Shown in pieces: positions 12,435-25,488 of a stretch of DNA of 64,000 nt (within the stretch, counting starts at the first letter, position 1; the number at the start of each line of letters is the position of its first letter). Origin of the DNA: Schmidtea nova (taxonomy: Eukaryota). The notes beneath the pieces were generated by a model. It did not search any database, had not been told where the DNA came from, and saw only the letters and a list, made by a program, of their open reading frames with translations. A program made the position numbers and the translations under genes. The stretch is taken from NCBI GenBank assembly GCA_044892505.1, contig CM097883.1, forward strand, positions 169,818,001-169,882,000, given 5' to 3'.

Positions 12435-12586
12435 GCCTATGTGTGCGCTGCAATTTATGATAGTTTTTCGCGTCTGTGTACGCGTAGTTAAAATCTTAAG
12501 TTATCGCGTCTGTGTGCGCCTTTATAATTTTTGTGAGCTCTCGCGTCTGTGTGCGCAGAGCTGTTTCATTTTGCGTCGGTGTGCGC
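12435..12586 (+). repeat. Five copies of a 15-bp GC-rich motif (CGCGTCTGTGTGCGC) with unique AT-rich spacers
   Basis: Copies at ~12435, 12469, 12505, 12542 and 12572; spacers 20, 21, 22 and 15 nt. Confidence 0.85.
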
Positions 12587-13218
12587 ATTTTCTTTGAGTG
12601 AAAGTTTTGATTCAATTGATTGATTTATCTAGAATATAAGTTGTTTTATTGATCCAATTTGGAAATTAGGATTTGGTGATTTTTTCGGATTTTTGCTGAA
12701 TTGATTAATTCTAGAACTTTGTGAGGATTTAAAATTTGGTTGAATCGTTTGGATTTATTTGGACATTTGTGAAACTGAGTTGTTTTGTTGATGCTCTTTT
12801 AAGATTTAATTGGATTTCTGTGGATTTACAAGAAGGATATTTTCTCTATGATTAAAATGAATTCAGAGGTAATCGCATCACATTTTGATCATGTCGGCAA
12901 CGTTCTCAAACAAGAAGACTCGAACTCGATGGTTGTCATTCAAACTTAAGACGATGTTTTGGAAACGAAAGAGTGTATTTCTATAGAGTGTGAAAATAAT
13001 ATTATATTCCCAAATGATATCAATCCTACTTTTCAATTTAAGAAAGTTAATTGTGATTCAAAGTCAATTTTAATATCGAGAATTCAAACTTCTGACGTGC
13101 TTCAACAATCCAATGCTTCTTTTGATGGTTTCAAGTTAAATAGTGATATCTTTGATATTATGACAGACAAATTGTTTACTGATGAAAATAAAAATGCATT
13201 AAAAATGGTCTTGGCTCG

Positions 13219-13220
<2 letters not shown>

Positions 13221-13288
<68 letters not shown>
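13221..13288. repeat. (TA)n microsatellite
   Basis: Pure TA run; it produces the poly-YI ORF artefacts. Confidence 0.97.
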
Positions 13289-13290
<2 letters not shown>

Positions 13291-14876
13291 CGCATTTGTA
13301 CACATCTTGCAATCAAACGATGTTATGTAAAAAACGTATTTTTACGTCTCCTGCTCTTTACCAACAATATAGAAAACCTTATTTTTAGTTGTCCGACAAC
13401 ACTTTTTTAATATGTAATCTAGTGTAAGTTGATTAAAATTGGACATTGTGGTAAGTCGTCAATAAGCTTAAGCAGGCAAGAGCGATATATCATGTTCAAT
13501 AAAAATGAACCTGTGGCCCCCAAATACGTAATATATGGTCTAGTAAACCGGACCCCTCGATAGGCGGATAGTTCACGTAACTTTTAGAGTATAACAACAC
13601 TACTTTTTAAAACAAATTAATTCGAAATAACAATGATAAAAATAAAATCTATTTTTAATCAAATTTCAAATTATACAAAAGCAAAAATGAATAAAATAAA
13701 ATTGATAAATGATTTTACATTATTATGCCAGTAGGAAATTATTTATTTTTTTTAAAAAAAAAATCTAAATGATTGACAAATATTTCCAACGTAAAACAAA
13801 CACGGAAATTTATCATAAAAATATTTAAATCTATTTTCTATAAAAAATAAAATTAAATAACGAATAGTAATTTTATTCAGTTTAAATCCCACAAAAATAA
13901 ATTAATTTGATGAGCCGATTTAGAATTGTAAATTTCGTCAGAACATTTAAACAAACCAATGTAAATAAAATAAATAATAAAAGTTGATGCTAGAGAGAAA
14001 AAAAATTGGCAATTTGCCAATCGATGATTTTGAGAGAAAAAAAATATTATAAAAAACAATGTCAACATCAATGCAGCTGCAGAAAAATAATGAAAAGTTG
14101 AGAATGCGATAATTTTGTCTTTGAATTTTATTAAAACAAAAAAATCAATAAAAAAAGAACCAAGTCAATTAATTATAACAAACACTTGCACAGTAATAAT
14201 ATCGGTGTTGAATAGGAATAAAACAAAGCCATGTCCGCTTCTTATCCCATTTTGACATTGACACACAATGAAGAGTCTGTTACAGACTGGTGGAATCCAG
14301 AATTGAAATACCAATCAGATTGATTAAATCACAAAGACGATGACGATGCTAATGCTAATGCTGCCACTGACGACGATGCCGACGATTATTGTAGTGATTT
14401 GTATAAATAAATCGATTAATTTCGGATTCCAATTGAAATTCCAATGGCAACGCAATATAAAAAGAAGTACAAATCTTGATTGAAAACCGATCGGAAAGAC
14501 TGCCGAACCAGATAGACCTAGCATACATAAAATATCGGCCGAATTGGGGAAAAAAGTTTCTTTTTCCCGGAATTTATAATGATGAAAAATATTTTTCATT
14601 TAAATTTTTAATAGCTTTCTGAGTCGAAATTATTTTTTTTTGTTTTAATGATTAAACAATATGAACAGAAATTAGAAATAGCAACAAAGTTGAAAATTCT
14701 GATTTACTGGCAAATTGAAAATAAATCTTAGATCTTTTAGACGGTTGAATTTTGGCTCATTATTTTTCTAGCCGGTATAAATTAATATTATTATCGAATA
14801 AGTCCGTTTTGTGATTTAAAATATTGAAAATTTAATATTAATGATGATAAATAATAATAATGATATAATTGAAATT

Positions 14877-16338
14877 CAGCGCTTCTCAACCTTTCTGTTA
14901 TTGCGACCCAGTTTACCAACGTAAATATTCTTGCGCCCCCCTTTTTCTGATCTATCGAAAATTATAGTGTCATAATGAAAACGGTCCGATATTCGTACAT
15001 TTAATTTTATTAGTAAAAAAAGCTTTCCAAATACTTTTACCATTTTCAACATCTTATCTTTGCGAAACCGGATTTTCTGCGGTGGCTTCGTTGAAAACAA
15101 AATACAGATCACAGCTAAATATTGAAAAAGAACTTAGGGTATCCATATCTGGTATTACTCCTTCATTTCAAAAACTTTGCAATGAGAAACAGGCTCAAGG
15201 AAGTCATTAATTAATAACAATAACATATTTAACTGGTATTTGTTTCATACTAATAAACTTAAATAATAAATATAATAAATTATTTATTGGTAATATGTAA
15301 TTATAAANNNNNNNNNNNNNNNNNNNNNNNNNNNNNNNNNNNNNNNNNNNNNNNNNNNNNNNNNNNNNNNNNNNNNNNNNNNNNNNNNNNNNNNNNNNNN
15401 NNNNNNNNNNNNNNNNNNNNNNNNNNNNNNNNNNNNNNNNNAACATCATGTCGGGAGTAACGAAAAAAAAAATATTTCGACTGGTCTTTTTTTAGTTTAT
15501 TTTTTTTTTACAGAAATTAAAAAGATACATAATTCAAATGCTATTGAACAAAAAAAATTAAATCAATAAAATAAAACAAACAAATAAAAAATAAAAAAAT
15601 TAACAAAAAAAAACAAAAATAACAAAAATAAATAAAAAAATAAAATAAAATAACAAACATAAAAATAAAACTATAAATAAATAAATTAGTGATAATACCA
15701 AAAAATTTTATAATATTTTTCAGAATCTTAATATTTTTGAAATCTGGCAGCGTTTTTTATAATTAGTTGAGCATTTTCTGTTTTGAGAAATTCAATAAAT
15801 TCTTTACAGGACATTTTAAAATTTTCTTTTACCATTAATTCTGCTTCAAGGTTTTGCAACAACAATTTGGGAGGTCTGGCAACCCTGATCAGAACAATAC
15901 TTATAGGCAAAACACAATGCGCAAAATGTCAAAAAAAGTTCACTATTTTCACCCAATTGGCATTACTTCAAAATGTTAAGTGATGACAACTGCTGAAAAA
16001 ACTTAATTTACAAATCGGGAGTTTTTGGCATGTATATCGGGAGTCGGGAAATATACTTTCATAACGGGAGACTCCCGACGAAATCGGGAGGTCTGGCAAC
16101 CCTGTATATATATATTATTATTATCAATAATTCTCATAATGATGACTATAGATCAAAAATTTTTTTTATAAAGAATAACACAATATTTCGGCACAGCCTT
16201 TATCAAGTGTGTATTTCTATAAATTTTTTAATTATACAATTTCTTTTATTTGACCTTCAACAAACTTTTAATTTTGGTTTTAAATATACTCGCGCCCCCT
16301 TTGTCGTAACGCCGCACCCCACAAGTTGAGAATCGCTG
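14877..16338. mobile_element. Probable hAT-type non-autonomous element (spans a gap and a second element end)
   Basis: Termini CAGCGCTTCTCAAC / GTTGAGAATCGCTG; flanks TTGAAATT / TTGTAATG match 6/8. Two internal copies of GGGAGGTCTGGCAACCCTG and several ATCGGGAG motifs. Confidence 0.5.
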
Positions 16339-16339
16339 T

Positions 16340-17440
16340 TGTAATGGGATATTTAATGACCCTGCCCCCTATACTGTGTTACATAATCCAGTAGAACTGT
16401 TGCTAATGAATGTTTGCTTGAATATATGGGTCGTCAGATTATATCATTGACTATTATTTATTCCCATGATATGTATAGTATACTTTTATTGAATTAACTT
16501 TCTCTAGTTATTGTTACATGGCGATCACACTTAAAACCCAGGTATTATTGAGGATCCTTCCACAGCCGAAGACATATTTAATTGGAGATGATCATGAAGA
16601 ATTTATCAAAAAAATGGAAACATATTTTCCCGTAATTCAATTGCACAAAAGTCAACAAAAGGTAATTATTCGAGTTTATTTAGATAAAAATAGACGCAAC
16701 AAGTATGGCGAAATAAGAGACGAAGAACATTATGTAAAATATCTAAGATCTGCTTTTGAACAAAATCAAGACTTTGCAAAGGATTTTGAAAATTTTTTAA
16801 ATTAGTCGCAAAGAGATGTTGCCGAAACATACATAAACAAGATCAAAAAGGGATACAGATGATTTTAAAACATAAATTAACATCATTTTTTTAAATATTG
16901 TCTTGACAATGAAGAAGAAAAACGTAAAACACAACGTTATGAGATTACAGAAGATTTATTGAAAGGAAAATTGTCAAAAGAAGAATTAAAAAATGACGAG
17001 GAATCAGAGTAGAACGGTCCAGTAGCAAACAAATGCATCAAGAGAATATTGCAGAAAATGAAAGAAGACAAATTAAAACTACAAGGGGCAGCCTTTGAAA
17101 ATAATTCTTATCCGTCAATCGTGAAAAATGGTGAATTGAACAGCAATAGAAAAAGGGACAATTATGGAAATAATTATATGAAACCTGAATTTCCAAAACC
17201 CGGAGACAATCAATTCCAAAAAAGAAGAGATGAAAATTTCAATCACAACCACAATGGAAGACAACAAACAAGAAATAATTATCGAAATAAAAATATAGGA
17301 CAACATTCAAATGTTCAATGTTTTACATGTCGGGAAATTAGTCACATTCATCGTGAATGGCTATATATTGGATGTTCATATTGTGGTAAGCACGGTCATT
17401 TAAGATTCAAATGTTTCAGAAGCAGAATTATTATGATAAA
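16340..17440 (+). mobile_element. Ty3/gypsy element 3: LTR, PBS and disrupted gag (truncated)
   Basis: LTR-like TGTAAT...GTTACA (16340-16518; left edge tentative), PBS-like TGGCGATCAC at 16519. The Gag N-terminus (PKTYLIGDDHEEFIKKMETYF) is homologous to elements 1 and 2; knuckles CFTCREISH and CSYCGKHGHLRFKC. Confidence 0.8.
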
Positions 17441-17450
17441 AGATTCGAAA

Positions 17451-17693
17451 GAAATTCCAATCAGTAGAGTGGGAATTTCAATTGATATCGTGGGAATCAC
17501 ATTCACTACAATGGGAATTCCAATCGATATCATGGGAATTCCAGTCAGTACAGTGGAAATTCCAATCAATATCGTGGGAATTCCAATCAGTACAGTGGAA
17601 ATTCCAATCGATATCGTGTGAATTCCAATCAGTACAGTGGGAATTCCAATTCGTATTTTGGGAATTCCAATCGATATCATGGTAACTCCAATT
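17451..17693. repeat. 21-bp minisatellite, about 12 units, two alternating variants (42-bp higher-order period)
   Basis: Units GGAATTCCAATCGATATCGTG and G(G/A)AATTCCAATCAGTACAGTG alternate. Confidence 0.92.
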
Positions 17694-18822
17694 GATAAAA
17701 ACGATCAAAACGGAAAAGATCTGCTTCAAAAAAAGAGATTTTTTAATTAAAACATTTTTTTAAAAGCTAGTAATATTTTTAAAAAAATTTTAAATAGTTT
17801 TTTAAAATCTGCGATTTAATGTTCAGATTTATTAAACTTTGACGTTCTATATGCCTAAAATGATATTCTTTTTCTTAATAACAACAATAATATTAAAAGA
17901 TCATGTTGACTAATTTCACCGGCTTCATCCTTAAAATTGAACACTAACCCTTTATCTGTAATCGAAAAATCATATTTTGTTGTTTTTTTAATAAAACTTA
18001 AACCCATAGCTAAAGATTATTATATCCTTAATAAATTATTTTACAGCAACACATAGGTAGTACTTCATCAGTTTGTCATATTTATTATGGCCATTTGTTC
18101 CCTTTAATAAGACTTTCCAAAATAATTCTAAATATCTTTCTCAGCTGTATTTTAGTTACTTCCATGATAATGTTTATTTCTTTTTGCTGTCTCTTTCCAT
18201 GGCTGTTATTAATGAAGTTATTGTACATAGTTTAGTCAAATATATAAAAGTCATGAGGCATATACAAATACCATAAAATTTAATTTTAAGTGTTTTAATA
18301 AAATAATGAAAATTGACTTTAATCCAAAAATGCCACCTAAACATCACAATTTACTTTGAACTGAATATAATTCGGGTGCTAGAGAAAAGAAAAAAATGTA
18401 TTGGAAAAGATTATTATGAGAAAAGCTGCTAGAACATGAAAAAAGGCTATTTAGCTACAACTCGAAATATGCTTGATAAACTTGGTTTTACATTCAAAAA
18501 TCTATAAAACAGAAAATTTCCGATTCTACGTACTAAAAATGATGAAACTTTTCAGAGATAACTGTATACTCATACAGGCCGAGGTAATAAAATTTGATAT
18601 TAAGTAAAATTTACCTATTCAAATAAGAGCCCTCTTTACACTAAATAACGCAAAATAGGATAAGTGGTCGCCACCCAGCGGCCTGAATCTCATTTGTAAA
18701 GTATATGATCATAATCGGACAATAACAGCTGGCTAAACTATATATTTCACCGGTCTCATTTTCCTAGTCAGGTAGGAAAAAAAGTTAAATCAATTTATTT
18801 TAACAAATTTTTAAATAAATAA

Positions 18823-19058
18823 TTTTATTTATATCAATAATTTTGTATGACTATAGACAAAAAAAATTTCTTTTTTGGGTTTTTTAGTTGTTAAGTAAAC
18901 GATATTTGGGAACAGCCTTTATCAAGTGTGTATTTCACATGTATTACACACTTAATAAAGGCTGTGCTCAAATATCGTGTACTTAACAACCAAAACACTT
19001 AAAAGAAAAAAAATTGTCTATAGTCATATTATTATGAAAATTATTGATATAAATAAAA
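18823..19058. mobile_element. Hairpin/foldback MITE-like element
   Basis: Imperfect arms of ~110 bp (18823-18932 / 18945-19058) with a 12-nt loop; a half copy lies at ~16133-16233. Confidence 0.7.
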
Positions 19059-20314
19059 AGAGATCAAAAGTGAAACCAAAAGATAATTATGCTAAATAAT
19101 TATTTTAATTTAAAACTGTTTAATATTATTTAAACATTGATGATTAATTTAACTTAATAATTCAATAACCGTAAAATAATCAACATTCATAACATTTAAT
19201 TATTTAAAAATTATCAAAACGCTTTTATCACATTTTTTGAACATTAATTTTAGGAAATGATGATCTTATCAGCAACAATTCACATATAAACGTACAGAAC
19301 ATTTATTGGGTTGTTTTTTTTAAACAGCAATTATTTGACTCATACAACCTTTATTGTGCTCACTAGCATTGACCAATCCCTTCCGTCAATAATGTTCAAG
19401 AACTCGAGTGAAGAAATGATGGGCAGTATTTCCGATAATAATAATAATATTAATAAAAATAGTTTATTGTATCTGCGATAATTAAATAAACTTGGTCTAT
19501 TTTTAATTATAATTCGTAGTGATAAGATATGTGCGGAAATGGCTGAATGCCAAAATTTTGGTGAATTAATAATACTGTGTTGCAGCACTGTCCCGAGCAC
19601 ATTTGTAAAATTTCAGATTGCACAGTGGCACATTTGTGCACACCAAAACACATTTGTAGATGTTAGATTATTCGCTTTGCACTGTCAAATGATTGGTGCG
19701 TTCACTACTTTGCTTGAGTCATTGATAGCAATTACAAGAAAATAATGTGAAAAGAAGTGCAATTACGTAATTAGAGATTTTACTTTCACTCCATCAAATT
19801 TGTGATTAATTCAATAATTAGAAATTGCGAATTTTCTTTCCAAAGATTTTACTAAAATAATTTTTTATAAATATTTCTGAATTAATTACTTTTTGATTTT
19901 AGAGAGAAAAATAAATCAGTATTACCTATTGTTAAGTCTTAAGTGCCCTTACACAATACATAGTAAGTGGCAATCAATTCGTAATAAAAATATTAATAAT
20001 TAAATTACAATTTAAAATTAATTCTGAATATGTAAAAAATAATTGTTTTAAGGATGCATTAACCATTTCGAGGATGATGGACCGCATATGTATGTTTAGT
20101 TATTTTACAGTTTATAATAGCGTGTAGGCCGAGTAATTTTCGATTATTTTTTTTTCAAAGTTGATAGGTCGGCTTATAGGCGAACATACTTTGAATTTAA
20201 ATAATTATTACATTTTGTTATTCTCTTCTGAAAAATAATTTTTGTCATGTTAAATTGTTATGGTTTTAGTGAATTTCATAATCTGAAAAATATTACCCAA
20301 AATTTCATTTTTAA

Positions 20315-20627
20315 CCCTTTCGCTGCGGCGCGTGTTCAAGCGCTCTGGACCTCCTGTGCGGCGTTTTTTCAGGCACGCGGATTAGTATGTTTGTCGCACT
20401 ATGTATGATGTACGGGCGTATATACATGATATCCGCAGTTAATTTACTATTTAATAACAAAAAAAAAATATTTTGTTTATAACTTGTGTTTTATTGATAA
20501 GCATTACATAAAGGTAAAAAACATATTGAACATATAAAACATATATTTAAACTGTGTATTAAATCGGTTCTAGCATACGAGCCACAAAAATATTTTACGG
20601 CTTCGTACGGTTCACGCAGCGAAAGGG
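20315..20627. mobile_element. piggyBac-type MITE
   Basis: TTAA|CCCTTTCGCTGCG ... CGCAGCGAAAGGG|TTAA. Confidence 0.9.
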
Positions 20628-22042
20628 TTAATAGGTCGGCTTATACGCGGGTCATCTATTTTGGACATTTTTTCCAATTTTTTTAAATCAAATTTGGGGG
20701 GGGTCAGCTTCTTTGCTTCAATGCTAGTATATACGGTAATTAAAATTATTTGAAAGTGATAAAGTTGCGAAAACACTAATGTGATTGATTTCTAGTTAAA
20801 ATTTTAATAATTCTTTTATTTATTTTTTAAATAAAAATTAAATCAAATATAAAATAATTTTGGCACACTTATTGGTAATTTTTGATCTATATTTTTTATA
20901 TAAAAAATAAATCAAAATTTTTAAAATAGAAAATAAAAGATCAAAGGTAAATAAAATAAATAAGGCTACAAATTTCTTAATAAAAAACAATATATTTTAA
21001 TAAATAATATTAATAATAATTATAATAAAATTTATTTACTAAGGGAGGATCCGTTTAAGATGTCGCAATCAAAAGAAGGGGAGGGGATAAAGTAAAGTGG
21101 ACATATGTGGACGCTGAGGGTTAGTGTCGTAAATAGAACTCATGAGCCCCTTTTAATTTATAAAGCTTAAAACACTTGAAATTAAAAAGTCCCAATAGCC
21201 AACTTCAGTATATTTGTTTTGGATTTAAATTTTATCGGGAATTTAATTCTATGTATTAAAAATTTACATCGGGGCAAAAGACTGAGAAGACGGAGTCATG
21301 TGTATTCCTGGAGCATCCCCTGTCTACACCCCTCTTTCAGGATAATAAAAATGTTTTATCGCATTAAAGGCTAATTTTTCAATAAGTAGTTAAGTCTCTG
21401 GTTAGTTGGTACCCCGAAAAGTTATTCTATAATAATTATTATATTGCAAAATATGCCGTTAACCATTGTTTTGAACAAATCAACAGTTAATCATGAATTG
21501 AAAACCAGACCCTTAGCTTATTACAAGTTTACAGTAATTTAAAAAACAATAACTTCCTATTTATCTTGTTCCAAGGGCCTCAATCGCAAATAGCCATCAT
21601 TACTGTGGTACAAAAATTTTAACTTTAATCAAAGGCTCTAAATCTGCATCATAAATATAAGTTATTAAACAGGCAAAAATCACAGTCAACTTATATTTTT
21701 CCTTTTAATTTAAAATTTAAATATGCAACTCTAATTCAGCAGAACGTGTAATGGCCATTAGATCATAAGACCCTTATGCGATTTGCATACCTTGCATACC
21801 TCTAATTACGCAACTGATGGGAGTGGTCGAAGTTACTATAAATACATCCTCAAAAACGTTAAATAACTTTTCTTTTCCACTTTATTTTAAAATTTGAATT
21901 ACGTAATATGAGAACAAACAACAGTGAATTCATTTTTATATAAATTTAATTAAAGCAAAATAAAAAATGGACTTCCTCCTTGGCTACTCTATTGTCGTAT
22001 TTGAAGTTAGTAAATTCAAAACTAAAAAATAATTAATATTTT

Positions 22043-22418
22043 CAGTGCCGGATTTACTTATAGGATGACTAGGCTACAGCCTAGGGCCTCCGTTATTCAA
22101 GGGGCCCCAGAACCGAAATTTGACTTTTAATTGTTTTTATAAAAAATCTTAATTTTTTCAATAATTGAAATTCAATAGAGAAAAGACGAAAAAAACTATT
22201 GTAAAATGAAAATATACTACATTGAAGTTTATAAAAAAAATTGGCTAAATAAACATTATTTTTATTTATTTTGTAACATTTACTTAGTAAAATTATGTAT
22301 TTTAAAGTATAATTAATATGAATTATATAATTAAACAATTAATACTGAAGATAAAATATTCTTAAGGTCATCAAGACAATATTAGCCTAGGGCCTCTACA
22401 ATAGTAAATCCGGCTCTG
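22043..22418. mobile_element. hAT-type MITE (duplicated copy, inner TSD missing)
   Basis: TIR CAGTGCCGGATTTACT / AGTAAATCCGGCTCTG; inverted near-identical copy of 25111-25488. Confidence 0.85.
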
Positions 22419-22648
22419 CTGACACTTGATACACTTACATAAAAAAGATTTAATAGTAAACATTTTTAGTTTTCATGTCATTCTTATATATTATGTGATA
22501 TTAGAAACTTAAATTACATTTTTACTACTAATTAGCATGAATATAATATTATTCTGACCTATAAATTTAGCATACTGATCAGTATTGGGTGAAAGAGGTT
22601 GAGAGGGGTGATGGTTTGAGAGGGTCAGGTGGTGAGGGGTAAAGATGG

Positions 22649-23349
22649 CAGAGGCGTAGCTGGGGGGACGGGGTTCATATGTCCCCGGACGCCAAGGTAC
22701 AGGGCGCCAAAATGAGGCTTACAACGGTAAATTATAATAAGTAAACAAGGGTAATAAATCGGTCACAAGATCGCTGCAGCGGCTCAGCAGACGTGTCATC
22801 TGATACGTCTGCCATCCACAGTGATGATGCTTCCTGCTCAGTAACCGGAATGAAGTTCTACAAGAAACTCCTTTGGATATTCTTGGTTTTATTGTATTTT
22901 ATGAAACGACATATTTCCGAATCTGCGAATTTCACTGCAAATTTTATTAACAATAGCAGTTTCAATTGCAAGCTGTGAGCGGTCGTTCAGCAAATTGAAA
23001 CTTATTTTGTGGCATTTGCGTGCGTCAATGGGACAGGATCGTCTCAGCGATCTTGCTCTTCTTAGCGTTGAAAGAGAAACATTGGAAAAAGCAAATTTTT
23101 ATTACGTAATTGACCAGTTTGCGACAGTGAAATCAAAAATAAATCTTTTGTAGACTATGTAAACCAGTGACTGAGTGGGTCATGTACTATAATTTCTATA
23201 GATTTGCTTCTTTAAATACAATGTTTTATTAAAATTTAAATTGTTTTCCTTATTTAATGTAATAGAAAAATGTGATTAAACGGGAAGGGGACTGGGGCGC
23301 CAATTTTATAGTTCGTCCCCGGACACAAAATATCATAGCTACACCTCTG
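22649..23349 (+). mobile_element. Internally deleted hAT element with C-terminal dimerisation-domain coding remnant
   Basis: TIR CAGAGGCGTAGCT / AGCTACACCTCTG, TSD AAAGATGG / AAAGAGGG. An open frame at ~22913-23152 (not in the ORF track) reads FPNLRISLQILLTIAVSIASCERSFSKLKLI...MGQDRLSDLALLSVE. Confidence 0.9.
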
Positions 23350-23599
23350 AAAGAGGGTACAAAATGTTATTTTTATATTGGATGCCCTTAATAAAAGCTT
23401 CATTAATAAAAGTTAAAAAGCTTCATTAATAAAAGCTTCATAAAATTTCATTGCTGTTTGTAAATTTGTAAATGGTGAAATTTAGTTCCTTAACCTGACT
23501 TTCCTGTGTTTGACACAAGCAGCTTCTTTTTACTGAAATTAACTTTCTCGAGTGTAGCACAAGCATCTTAACCTTTGACATACCATTTCTTAATTGACT

Positions 23600-24220
23600 G
23601 TGTTTTTCCTAAATATTGTTTTTTGTGATTGCCTGTTTTTCATAGTCATAAAAGTATGAGAAAGAACAATTAAAAAAACCTGACATTTTCTGTAAAATAA
23701 ATTTTAAACCCAACAGGTCAGTAGTTAAGTCATGTCTTTTTGTAGAAATCAGAGAGTTACTACAATTCGTAGTGAGACGGAAATGATTGTTGAAGAACCT
23801 GGAATTATTGCTCCGAATAATAAATATATGGGTGACGTTGATGCTTCTGACCGGATACTTTACACATATTTTAATGAGCAAATGACTCAAAAATTCCTGA
23901 AAAATTCCTTTTGAGTATCATTTTGTAAATAATCTTAAACTGTTATTTTTTAAATAGAGAAAAACCCATCAAAATATTAACCAGATATCAATTTTCTGTG
24001 AACTGAGAAGTTGTGCAAAGATTGAATGATAGCTCGAAATCTCAACGCTTCAATCTTTAAAGCTTTCTCAACAAGATGAATTTGAAAACAATCTTGGTGA
24101 AAAGAGAGGAATTGTGTGATGTTTAGTGCGAAAACTAGGAGATTTTAATCAGGAACTGTATGTATGTTTTTGATACAATAAAAGATTATATGGAAAATGT
24201 TTTAAGATCATTTATGAAAA
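23600..24220 (+). pseudogene. piggyBac transposase relic (C-terminal part)
   Basis: NNKYMGDVDASDR matches the piggyBac YNxxMGGVDxxDQ motif; degenerate Cys-rich tail downstream. Confidence 0.7.
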
Positions 24221-25110
24221 AGAAATCTTTGTAAGATGACCATTAAATACAACTATTTTCATTTCGAATAAATATGAAAACGTTTAAACAAAAGTGAAAT
24301 TTTTTGCCATGACAAATAAACTTTTTTTATAAAACTTTTCAATTTATGGAAAAAATATTCTTTTCATTTTTTTTCTTATGAAAAACAATTTACAATAAAA
24401 TGCAAAAAACTGGAAGTTAGTTTTATTTCTAAGAAACATATGACTTCAAAAAAACATAATTTCAAACGTTTTTCGGCAGTACATAAAATCTAAAAATTTC
24501 AATATATAAAAAATCTAAAATGATTTTTAGGTTGTCTGAAAAAAAAATGGTTTGGCCAATTTGGAATTGGGATTAAGTACTACGATAAACATGTACTAGC
24601 TTTTGAAAACATTATATTACCTAACAAAAGAATAAAAAATAACGAACTAAACTGAAAGATACCAATAAAAAAGTATTTTATGGCATAGACTAACTGTTGC
24701 TAAGAAATTAACTCGGTTGAATCCTTAATACTTTTACATCTTGCATAGTTAAAACTAAGGCCAATTATCAGATAACTTTATTTTCTTTATTGTCAGAAAT
24801 TTTGAATCAACCAAATAAATCTTCGTTGAACTGAACTAAATGAAACCAATACACGAGTCACCGCCCGCAGCTCAAACTCATGACTAACTTAAGAAATATC
24901 CTTGGATTTATCCATACCGTTTTGTCTTAGAATACTGGATTAAAAAATTTTACATTTCAAAATAATAATCTTTGAAAAGTTTTATTTTGCGGAAAATAGT
25001 TTGACGAATTTTTGCGCTTGAATTTGAATCAAAGCTGTTTGATAAGATTAGAAAGATTATATAAGAAATATAGAGATTTGTTTATAGAAATAAATTTTAT
25101 TAAAAATATT

Positions 25111-25488
25111 CAGAGACGGATTTACTATTGTAGAGGCCCTAGGCTAATATTGTCTTGATGGCGTTAAAAAATATTTTATCTTCAGTATTAATTGTTAAAT
25201 TATATAATTCATACTAATTATACTTTAAAATACATAATTTTACTAAGTAAATGTTACAGAAATATATAAAAATAATGTTTATTTAGCCAATTTTTTTTAT
25301 AAACTTCAATATAGTATATTTTCATTTTACAATAGTTTTTTTCGTCTTTTCACTATTGAATTTCAATTATTGAAAAAATTTAGATTTTTTATAAAAACAA
25401 TTAAAAGTCAAATTTCGGTTCTGGGGCCCCTTGAATAACGGAGGTCCTAGGCTGTAGCCTAGTCATCCTATAGGTAAATCCGGCACTG
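25111..25488. mobile_element. hAT-type MITE with intact 8-bp TSD
   Basis: TIR CAGAGACGGATTTACT / GGTAAATCCGGCACTG; AAAATATT on both sides. Confidence 0.9.

Noticed and set aside
12435-12586. CRISPR array
   Set aside because: Repeat is only 15 bp, spacers 15-22 nt, there are no cas genes, and the context is eukaryotic with spliceosomal introns.
6842-13330. ORFs with poly-YI, poly-L or poly-I tracts
   Set aside because: Translations of (TA)n and (AAT)n microsatellites.
22585-22648. G-rich tract as a functional G-quadruplex
   Set aside because: G-runs are irregular and interrupted by a hAT insertion; no supporting context.
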